NCBI GenBank assembly: GCA_964016885.1
Contig: OZ024741.1
Span: 241,428,001-241,492,000 of the forward strand
Length of the DNA: 64,000 nt
Reading direction: 5' to 3'
From: Eledone cirrhosa
Taxonomy: Eukaryota
Shown here: in pieces, positions 25,513 through 35,800 of the stretch
Layout of the letters: every line of letters starts with the position of its first letter
How positions within the stretch are numbered: the stretch's first letter is position 1
Position numbers and translations under genes: made by a program
Notes under the pieces: model-generated
What the model was told of the DNA's origin: nothing
The model's input: the letters and a program-made list of their open reading frames with translations, nothing else
The model's database searches: none

Positions 25513-26758
25513 TCTTCATCGCTATAAGTGGTCACCCCGAAAAAAGAAAAAAATAGCAGATTCTCGAGTTGTGTGAGTAACATTACGAATACACAGCAAA
25601 TTTATCGACAAACTATGAAAATACTCAGTGAAAGAAACGAACACACCACGCACATGTGAAATTTTCGCACAGACAGACTTTTTCTCTCACGCATCAACTA
25701 ACTGTCGCATTTCACGATATATATATATGTTTCTCGTTTCTTACAACGAACACTTTCAAAAAAAAAAAAAGAAAAAAAAAAGAAATTTGATATTCTTTAA
25801 AAAACATTTCAACAGGAACATTTATTTTCGATGAACCATTGCCTTTTTTTTCATTGTTTTCTTCATCGTTCAAGTTTTTTTTTCCAAAGTTCACACCAAC
25901 TATTATGCTAAGTGAAGCCTTTCTTTTTCATCATTGTCACTTTCACACTTGTACTATCATTTTCTCGCGCGTTAGAAATATTATTTTTTCAACCTAGCTT
26001 AACCTTGTGTTGGCATGTGTGGGCAGCACAAATTCTCGACTCACTGAGATAGCCGCACGCCAGAGATAACGTTTCTCGCCAAGGATTCTTCAGCCTTAAG
26101 CTATATTCTCCTATTTACCGGTTTAAAAATTTACCACGTAAATTTGCCGTTGAAAACTGCGCATTTATTCAGAATGCTTATTTCTTTGGTCGCTGGCCTC
26201 TTGACCCTTCCAGGTCAACGCATTCTCAACATCGACCATCAACTTCGGCTGTTATTTCTAGCACTTTGCGCAACTCATTTTTTCTGAAAAAAATTTTTTT
26301 ACTGTGAATTTAAACACGGAATGCGCTCACTCCGCGAGACAGCAACACAGCTTCACCAACAACCAAAACCAGCAGAACAAGCCAGAGAATTTATTTTTGC
26401 AGCACTCTTTCTGTAAGAAAATCCATTCGGAGGTTGGAAATTTCACGATATACCACAGAACAGAAACCACCTGCATTCATTCTCTGGAACACACTTTCTT
26501 TCCTGCTGTCATGTGATTGCACACCTGTGAACTATATTTTGTACATTTGAACTTTGAGCTCTTCTCTTACTTTATTACATTGTATCTTTGGGTGATGGAT
26601 AGATAGATGTCCAGTCGTTCTCTGGCCAAGAGCGGTTGGCTACCTTGATATCTATCATTGATTTTTGCAAACATTCTTTTGTCGTAATTTTCATGCCTGT
26701 TACAACATTCTCGCCAACTTGCTACATATTTCATGCGATTTTTATATTCTAAAATTCT

Positions 26759-26770
26759 GGCGGGAGGTTA
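26759..26770 (+). other. Polypurine tract
   Basis: GGCGGGAGGTTA lies immediately before the TGTAG start of the 3' LTR. Confidence 0.7.
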
Positions 26771-27063
26771 TGTAGCGGTTGTCTCCCATGTTGAGACTCA
26801 CAAACCCAATAGATTAACAACATCTAGACGGGATGTAGAACCCTTTCTGTAACTTCCGGCAGAGCCCTATAAAACCAATAGCCTTCGGCTCTCCCCCTCT
26901 GATTTGCCATTCCGGCGCCTGGCCTTCGCCAGGCGTCTCGCGTTTTCCTGGCAATCAAAACGGTAACTACTAACTTTGCTTCATTCTTTCGTTTATTCAT
27001 TGACATGTCAACTATACTGTTAAATTGTTGATTAAGTATTATACACACGAGTTCTTCACTATA
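26771..27063 (+). repeat. 3' LTR (293 bp)
   Basis: TGTAGCGGTTGTC...GAGTTCTTCACTATA, colinear with 25188-25480 and with no indels. Confidence 0.93.
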
Positions 27064-30000
27064 GTGTCGTTGCTAAAATTGTTGTTAGTGTTGTGTTCTT
27101 ACTGTTGTTACTGCTGTTACTGTCGTTGCTAAAATTGTTGTTAGTGTTGTGTTGTTACGGTTGTTACTGCTGTTACTGGTGTTATTGTGCTGCTACTGTC
27201 GTTGCTAAAATTGTTGTTAGTGTTGTTTTGTTACTGTTGTTACTGCTGTTACTGGTGTTGTTGTGCTGCTACTGTCGTTGCTAAATTTGTTGGTAGTGTT
27301 GTGTTGTTACTGTTGTTATAGCTGTTACTGTCGTTGTTGTGCTGTTACTGTCGTTGCTAAAATTGTTGTTAGTGTTGTGTTGTTACGGTTGTTACTGCTG
27401 TTACTGTCGTTGTTGTGCTGTTATTGTCGTTGCTAAAATTGTTGTTAGTGTTGTGTTGTTACGGTTGTTACTGCTGTTACTGTTGTTGTTGTGCTGTTAC
27501 TGTCGTTGCTAAAATTGTTGTTAGTGTTGTGTTGTTACTGTTGTTACTGTTGTTACTGCTGTTACTGTCGTTGCTAACATTGTTGTTAGTGTTATGTTGT
27601 TACTCTTGTTACTGCTGTTACTGTCGTTGTTGTGCTATTACTGTCGTTGCTAAAATTGTTGTTAGTGTTGTGTTGTTACTGTTGTTACTGCTGTTACTGT
27701 CGTTGTTGTGTTGTTACAGCTGTTACTGTCGTTGTTGTGCTGTTACTGTCGTTGCTAAAATTGTTGTTAGTGTTGTGTTGTTACTGTTGTTACATCTGTT
27801 AATGTCGTTGTTGTGCTGTTACTGTCGTTGCTAAAATTGTTGTTAGTGTTGTGTTGTTACTGTTGTTACATCTGTTAATGTCGTTGTTGTGCTGTTACAG
27901 TCGTTGCTAAAATTGTTGTTAGTGTTGTGTTGTTACTGTTGTTACTGCTGTTACTGTCGTTGTTGTGTTGTTACTGTCGTTGCTAAAATTGTTGGTAGTG
28001 TTGTGTTGTTACTGTTGTTACTGTTGTTACTGATGTTACTGTTGTTGTTGTGCTGTTACTGTCGTTTTTGTGCTGTTACTGTCGTTGTTGTGATGTTACT
28101 CTCGTTGCTAAAATTCTTGTTAGTGTTGTGTTGTTACTGTTGTTGTGTTGTTACTGCTGTTACTGTTGTTGTTGTGCTGTTACTGTCGTTGCTAAAATTG
28201 TTGTTAGTGTTGTGTTGTTACTGCTGTTACTGTCGTTGCTAAAATTGTTGTTAGTGTTATGTTACTGTTGTTACAGCTGTTACTGTTGTTGTTGTGCTGT
28301 TACTGTCGTTGCTAAAATTGTTGTTAGTGTTGTTTTGTTACTGTTGTTACTGCTGTTACTGTCGTTGTTGTGCTGTTGCTGTTATTGCTAATATTGTTGT
28401 TAGTGTTGTGTTGTTACTGTTGTTACTGTCGTTGTTGTGCTGCTACTGTCGTTGCTAAAATTGTTGTTAGTGTTGTGTTGTTACTGTTGTTACTGCTGTT
28501 ACTGTCGTTGTTGTGTTGTTACTGTCGTTGCTAAAATTGTTGGTAGTGTTGTGTTGTTACTGTTGTTACTGTTGTTACTGATGTTACTGTTGTTGTTGTG
28601 CTGTTACTGTCGTTTTTGTGCTGTTACTGTCGTTGTTGTGATGTTACTCTCGTTGCTAAAATTCTTGTTAGTGTTGTGTTGTTACTGTTGTTGTGTTGTT
28701 ACTGCTGTTACTGTTGTTGTTGTGCTGTTACTGTCGTTGCTAAAATTGTTGTTAGTGTTGTGTTGTTACTGTTGTTACTGCTGTTACTGTCGTTGCTAAA
28801 ATTGTTGTTAGTGTTATGTTACTGTTGTTACAGCTGTTACTGTTGTTGTTGTGCTGTTACTGTCGTTGCTAAAATTGTTGTTAGTGTTGTTTTGTTACTG
28901 TTGTTACTGCTGTTACTGTCGTTGTTGTGCTGTTGCTGTTATTGCTAATATTGTTGTTAGTGTTGTGTTGTTACTGTTGTTACTGTCGTTGTTGTGCTGC
29001 TACTGTCGTTGCTAAAATTGTTGTTAGTGTTGTGTTGTTACTGTTGTTACTGCTGTTACTGGTGTTGTTGTGCTGCTACTGTCGTTGCTAAATTTGTTGC
29101 TAGTGTTGTGTTGTTACTGTTGTTATAGCTGTTACTGTCGTAGCTAAAATTGTTTTTAGTGTTGTTTTGTCACTGTTGTTACAGCTGTTACTTTTGTTGT
29201 TGTGCTGAAACTGTCGTTGCTAAAGTTGTTAGTGTTGTGTTACTGTTGTTACTGCTGTTACTGTTGTTGTTGTGCTGTTACTGTCGTTGCTATAATTGTT
29301 GTTAGTGTTGTGTTGTTACTGCTGTTACTGCTGTTACTGATGTTGTTGTGCTGTTACTGTCGTTGTTGTGCTGTTACTGTTGTTGTTGTGCTGTTACTGT
29401 CGTTGCTAAAATTGTTGTTAGTGTTGTTTTGTCACTGTTGTTACAGCTGTTACTTTTGTTGTTGTGCTGAAACTGTCGTTGCTAAAGTTGTTAGTGTTGT
29501 GTTACTGTTGTTACTGCTGTTACTGTTGTTGTTGTGCTGTTACTGTCGTTGCTATAATTGTTGTTAGTGTTGTGTTGTTACTGCTGTTACTGCTGTTACT
29601 GATGTTGTTGTGCTGTTACTGTCGTTGTTGTGCTGTTACTGTTGTTGTTGTGCTGTTACTGTCGTTGCTAAAATTGTTGTTAGTGTTGTGTTGTTACTGC
29701 TGTTACAGCTGTTACTGTTGTTGTTGTGCTGTTACTATCGTTGTTGTGCTGTTACTGTCGTTGCTAAAATTGTTGTTAGTGTTGTGTTGTTACTGTTGTT
29801 TCTGCTGTTACTGTTGTTTTTGTGCTGTTTCTGTCGTTGCTAAAATTGTTGTTAGTATCGTGTTGTTACAGCTGTAACTGTCGTTGTTGTGCTGTTACTG
29901 TCGTTGCTAAAATTGTTGTCAGTGTTGTGTTGTTACTGATGTTACTGTTGTTTTTGTGCTGTTTCTGTCGTTGCTAAAATTGTTGTTAGTATCGTGTTGT

Positions 30001-31577
30001 TACAGCTGTTACTGTCGTTGTTGTGCTGTTACTGTCGTTGCTAAAATTGTTGTCAGTGTTGTGTTGTTACTGTTGTTACTGCTGTTACTGTTGTTGTTGT
30101 GCTGTTACTGTCGTTGCTTAACTTGTTGTTAGTGTTGTGTAGTTACTGTTGTTACTGCTGTTACTGTTGTTGTTGTGCTGCTACTGTCATTGCTTAAATT
30201 GTTGTTAGTGTTGTGTTGTTACTGTTGTTACTGTCGTTCTTGTGCTGTTACTGTCGTTGCTTAAATTGTTGTTAGTGTTGTGTTGTTACTGTTGTTACTG
30301 CTTTTACATGTCGTTGTTGTGCTGTTACTGTCGTTGCTAAAATTGTTGTTAGTGTTGTGTTGTTACTGTTGTTACTGCTGTTACATGTCGTTGTTGTGCT
30401 GTTACTGTCGTTGCTAAAACTGTTGTTAGTGTTGTGTTGTTACTGTTGTTACTGATGTTGCTGTCGTTGTTGTGCTGTTGCTGTCGTTTCTAAAATTGTT
30501 GTTAGTGTTGTGTTGTTACTGTTGTTACTGTCGTTGTTATGCTGTTACTGTTATTGCTAAAATTTTTGTTAGTGTTGTGTTGTTACTGTTGTTGCTGCTG
30601 TTACTGTTGTTGTTGTGCTGTTACTGTCGTTGCTAAAGCTGTTGTTAGTGTTGTGTTGTTACTGTTGTTACTGCTGTTACTGTTGTTGTAGTGCTGTTAC
30701 TGTCGTTGCTAAAATTGTTGTTAGTGTTGTGTTGTTACTGCTGTTACTGCTGTTACTGGTATGGTTGTGCTGCTACTGTTGTTGCTAAAATTGTTGTTAG
30801 TGTTGTGTTGTTACTGTTGTTATAGCTGTTACTGTAGTTGTTGTGCTGTTACTGTCGTTGTTGAAATTGTTGTTAGTGTTGTGTTGTTACTGTCGTTGTT
30901 GTGCTGTTACTGTCATTGCTTAAATTGTTGTTAGTGTTATGCTGTTACTGTTGTTACCGTCGGTGTTGTGCTGTTACTGTCGTGGCTTAAATTGTTGTTA
31001 GTGTTGTGTTGTTACTGTTGTTACTGTTGTTACTGTTGTTACTGTTGTTACTGCTGTTACTGTTGTTGTTGTGCTGTTACTGTCGTTGCTAAAATTGTTG
31101 TTAGTGTTGTGTTTGTACTGTTGTTACTGCTGTTACTGTTGTTGTTGTGCTATTACTGTCGTTGCTAAAATTGTTGTTAGCGTTGTGTTATTACTGTCGT
31201 TACAGCTGTTACTGTTGTTGTTGTGCTGTTACTGTCGTTGTTGTGCTGTTACTGTGGTTGCTTAAATTGTTGTTAGTGTTGTGTTGTTACTGCTGTTACT
31301 GTTGTTGTTGTGCTGTTACTGTCGTTGCTAAAATTGTTGTTAGTGTTGGGTTGTTACTGTTTTTACTGCTGTTACTGGTGTTGTTGTGCTGCTACTGTCG
31401 TTGCTAAAATTGTTGTTAGTGTTGTGTTGTTACTGTTGTTATAGCTGTTACTGTCGTTGTTGTGCTGTTACTGTCGTTGCTAAAATTGTTGTTAGTGTTG
31501 TGTTGTTACTGTTGTTATAGCTGTTACTGTCGTTGTTGTGCTGTTACTGTTATTGCTAAAATTGTTGTTAGTGTTGT
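27064..31577. repeat. 76-bp satellite, right block
   Basis: Same consensus as 9660-25187. It resumes in register after the LTR element (GTGT-CGTTGCTAAAATT). Confidence 0.97.
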
Positions 31578-31686
31578 CAGTCCCTGTTTCTCCCCTTCTT
31601 TCTTCCTCCCGTTCGATGGGAAAACGGTTTTCATTCTTTCTAACACCGGATTCACTAGCGAAAGGACTGTTTTCTGACTCGCTCAT
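31492..31686 (-). CDS. Hypothetical short ORF / possible relic first exon running into the 76-bp satellite
   Basis: ATG-initiated MSESENSPFASESGVRKNENRFPIEREEERRGETGTD comes from unique sequence, then NTNNNFSNNSNSTTTT from the terminal satellite unit. No recognisable domain and a weak start context. Confidence 0.2.
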   Translation of the reverse strand: MSESENSPFASESGVRKNENRFPIEREEERRGETGTDNTNNNFSNNSNSTTTTVTAITTVTTQH

Positions 31687-31956
31687 ATAATCACACAGCT
31701 TATGCTGAAAGAATAACTATGTTGCTTGTGTTTATTTCCATCTTCGGTTAGCTTCCCCCTGTGTTGTTTACTTGTCTCACTCGCTTTACGCGTTTCTATT
31801 GTCCTAATAACTTATTTTAGTTATTATCGCTCCAACCTGAGGTATATGATTTTTTCTGCGATGAAATACCCATGATCGTTTGGTAAATCACTGATGAGGG
31901 ACTCATTTTATAACATGTTATCCATGTGCAACCAGCAGTATACTTCTCACCCATAT

Positions 31957-31960
<4 letters not shown>

Positions 31961-32040
<80 letters not shown>

Positions 32041-32057
32041 CTATATATATATATATT

Positions 32058-32106
<49 letters not shown>

Positions 32107-32118
32107 TTATATATATAT
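31961..32118. repeat. (TA)n microsatellite, imperfect
   Basis: About 158 bp of alternating TA with a few G/C/T interruptions. Confidence 0.97.
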
Positions 32119-32175
32119 AAATGTAAGTATGTGTGTATACGTACATACATATATGTATACAGACGTACAGTAGCA

Positions 32176-32217
<42 letters not shown>

Positions 32218-32669
32218 CAGATACACATACATATATGCACGTATCAGTTTAGCGGACGCTTATTATAACGCCGCTTTGTTCGTTTGTAAACAAACTGAAC
32301 AGCCTGAATTTTATGCCGTACGGTGTTAAGGCAACCACGTCACCTTTTTGTTCAACACTGACACAGGAACGATGTACTAGTTTCAAGCTTCTAAGCAATC
32401 AACAGCACCGTATACCCTTCTGCCAGATAGTTGAACGTTCGAAAGTATATACTTTCCTTATGAAAATTAACGGCTGAGCAGCCTAATTTGCATATCGAGT
32501 GAGTCAAGTCGGTCAGGCATACCGAAAACGAAAAGTTGAAATAAAATGAAAACGAAATTTCATTTCTCACTCTTAGTACGGCACTTACTTAAATGTAAGT
32601 ATGTGTGTATACGTACATACATATATGTATACAGACGTACAGTAGCATGCATATCTCTATATATATATA

Positions 32670-32733
<64 letters not shown>

Positions 32734-32827
32734 CAGGTACACATACATATATGCACGTATCAGTTTAGCGGACGCTTATTATAACGCCGCTTTGTTCGTT
32801 TGTAAACAAACTGAACAGCCTGAATTT
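32118..32827. repeat. Direct repeat pair (32118-32311 and 32590-32827), each containing a TA tract, separated by a 278-bp unique spacer
   Basis: TAAATGTAAGTATGTGTGTATACG...(TA)n...TTTGTAAACAAACTGAACAGCCTGAATTT occurs twice with starts 472 bp apart. The copies differ mainly in TA tract length and one A/G substitution. Confidence 0.92.
32282..32506. promoter_or_regulatory. Cluster of consensus transcription-factor motifs (possible enhancer/promoter)
   Basis: Forkhead-type GTAAACAAA (32286-32294), CCACGTCA bZIP/UPRE-type (32335-32342), octamer ATTTGCAT (32486-32493) and AP-1 TGAGTCA (32500-32506). These are motif matches only. Confidence 0.25.
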
Positions 32828-35800
32828 AAAACAAAAGGCGCACCCAAATAAAAAACGGAACCCCCATAAAAAAACGGGGTACCCAAATAAAAAACGGGGC
32901 ACCCAAATAAAAAACGGACCCCCCTATAAAAAAACGGGGCACCCAAATAAAAAACGATCTCCCCCATAAAAAAACGGGGCACCCAAATAAAAAACGGACT
33001 CCCCCATAAAAAAACGGGGCACCCCAAAAAAAAACGGACCCCCCCCATAAAAAAACGGGGCACCCAAATAAAAAACGGCGCACCCAAATAAAAAAACGGA
33101 CTCCCCCATAAAAAAACGAGGCACCCAAATATAAAACGGACCCCTCCCCCATAAAAAAACGGGACACCCAAATAAAAAACGGGGCACCCAAATAAAAAAC
33201 GGACCCCCCCATAAAAAAGCGGGGCACCCAGATAAAAAACGGGGTACCCAAATAAAAAACGGACCCCCCCATAAAAAAACGGGGCACCCAAATAAAAAAC
33301 GGGGCACCCAAATAAAAAACGGACCCCCCATAAAATAATGGGGCACCCAAATAAAAAACGGGGTACCCAAATAAAAAACGGACCCCCCCATGAAAATACG
33401 GGGCACCCAAATAAAAAACGCACACCCCCATAAAAAAACGGGGCACCCAAATAAAAAACGGGGTACCCAAATAAAAAACGAACCCCCCCCATAAAAAAAC
33501 GGGGCACCCAAATAAAAAACGGGGTACCCAAATAAAAAACGGATCCCCCCATAAAAAAACGGGGCACCCAAATAAAAAACGGGGCAACCCAAATAAAAAA
33601 CGGGCACCAAAATAAAAAACGGACCCCCCCATAAAAAAACGGGGCACCCAAATAAAAAACGGACCCCCCCCCCATAAAAAAACGGGGCACCCAAATAAAA
33701 AACGGGGTACCCAAATAAAAAACGGACCCCCCCCATAAAAAAACGGGGCACCCAAATAAAAAACGGGGCACCCAAATAAAAAACGGACCCCCCCATAAAA
33801 AAAATGGGGCACCCAAATAAAAAACGGGGTACCCAAATAAAAAACGGACTCCCCCATAAAAAAACGGGGCACCCAAATAAAAAACGGACCCCCCATAAAA
33901 AAACGGGGCACCCAAATAAAAAACGGGGTACCCAAATAAAAAACGGACCCCCCCATAAAAAAACGGGGCACCCAAATAAAAAACGAGGCACCCAAATAAA
34001 AAACGGGGCACCCAAATAAAAAATGGACCTCCCCATAAAAAAAATGGGGCACCCAAATAAAAAACGGGGTACCCAAATAAAAAACGGACTCCCCCATAAA
34101 AAAACGGGGCACCCAAATAAAAAACGGACGCCCCATAAAAAAACGGGGCACACAAATAAAAAACGGGGTACCCAAATAAAAAACGGACCCCCCCATAAAA
34201 AACGGGGCACCCAAATAAGAAACGGATCCCCCCATAAAAAAACGGGGCACCCAAATAAAAAACGGGGCACCCAAAAAAAAAACGGGGCACCCAAATAAAA
34301 AACGGTGTACCCAAATAAAAAACGGACCCCCCCATAAAAAAACGGGGCACCCAAATAAAAAACGGGGCACCCAAATAAAAAACGGACCCCCACCATAAAA
34401 GAACGGGGCACCCAAATAAAAAACGGACCCCCCCATAAAAAAACGGGGCACCCAAATAAAAAACGGGGTACCCAAATAAAAAACGGACCCCACCATAAAA
34501 AAACGGGGCACCCAAATAAAAAACGGACCCCCCCCATAAAAAAACGGGGCATCCAAATAAAAAACGGGGCACCCAAATAAAAAACGGGGTACCCAAATAA
34601 AAAACGGACCCCCCCCCCCATAAAAAAACGGGGCACCCAAATAAAAAACTGTGTACCCAAATAAAAAACGGACCCCCCCCCATAAAAAAAACGGGACACC
34701 CAAATAAAAAACGGGGCACCCAAATAAAAAACGGGGCACCCAAATAAAAAACAGACCCCCCCATAAAAAAAATGGGGCACCCAAATAAAAAACGGGGTAC
34801 CCAAATAAAAAACGGACTCCCCATAAAAGAACGGGGCACCCAAATAAAAAACGGGGTACCCAAATAAAAAACGGACCCCCCCCATAAAAAAACGGGGCAC
34901 CCAAATAAAAAACGGACCCCCCCCCATAAAAATACGGGGCACCCAAATAAAAAACGGGGCACCCAAATAAAAAACGGGGTACCCAAATAAAAAACGGACC
35001 CCCCCCATAAAAAAACGGGGCACCCAAATAAAAAACGGGGTACCCAAATAAAAAACGGACCCCCCCCATAAAAAAACGGGGCACCCAAATAAAGAACGGG
35101 GCACCCAAATAAAAAACGGGGCACCCAAATAAAAAACGGACCCCCCCATAAAAAAATGGGGCACCCAAATAAAAAACGGGGTACCCAAATAAAAAACGGA
35201 CTGCCCCATAAAAAAACGGGGCACCCAAATAAAAAACGGACCCCCCATAAAAAAACGGGGCACCCAAATAAAAAACGGGGTACCCAAATAAAAAACGAAC
35301 CCCCCCATAAAAAAACGGGGCACCCAAATAAAAAACGGGGCACCCAAATAAAAAACGGACCCCCCCATAAAAAAACGGGGCACCCAAATAAAAAACGGGG
35401 CACCCAAATAAAAAACGGGGCACCCAAATAAAAAACGGGGCACCCAAATAAAAAACGGGGTACCCAAATAAAAAACGGACCCCCCCATAAAAAAACGGGG
35501 CACCCAAATAAAAAACGGGGCACCCAAATAAAAAACGGACCCCCACCATAAAAGAACGGGGCACCCAAATAAAAAACGGGGCACCCAAATAAAAAACGGA
35601 CCCCCCCATAAAAAAACGGGGCACCCAAATAAAATACGGGGTACCCAAATAAAAAACGGACCCCCCCCATAAAACAACGGGGCACCCAAATAAAAAACGG
35701 ACCCCCCCCATAAAAAAACGGGGCACCCAAATAAAAAACGGGGCACCCAAATAAAAAACGGGGTACCCAAATAAAAAACGGACCCCCCCATAAAAAAACG

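Larger units (their letters stand above)
25188..27063 (+). mobile_element. Non-autonomous LTR retroelement (TRIM-like, probably Ty3/Gypsy CsRn1-lineage-dependent), 1876 bp
   Basis: Two 293-bp direct repeats with 7 substitutions by my count. 4-bp TSD GTGT at 25184-25187 and 27064-27067. tRNA-Trp PBS 1 nt after the 5' LTR and a purine tract before the 3' LTR. The 1290-bp interior has no gag/pol-sized ORF. Confidence 0.93.

Noticed and set aside
25482-25520. A tRNA-Trp gene on the minus strand
   Set aside because: Only the 3' part is present, it includes the post-transcriptional CCA, and the invariant A58 is altered. It is better explained as a PBS.
25241-27048. Small ORFs in the LTR element, including 26304-26516 with a faint Cys/His pattern
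   Set aside because: Two are antisense readings of the LTRs. The 70-aa ORF does not show a convincing Gag zinc knuckle, protease, RT or integrase motif by eye.
1-31577. Shared 11-mer GTTAGTGTTGT between the GGT array and the 76-bp array, suggesting common origin
   Set aside because: Both arrays are G+T-rich and triplet-derived, so a short match is unsurprising. The remaining modules do not align.
9660-31677. Dozens of short Cys/Leu/Val-rich ORFs resembling metallothioneins, keratin-associated proteins or signal peptides
   Set aside because: They are translations of the 76-bp satellite, whose length is not a multiple of 3. The same peptide motifs appear in all frames.
31894-32851. YIYIYI-type ORFs on both strands
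   Set aside because: Translations of (TA)n microsatellites.
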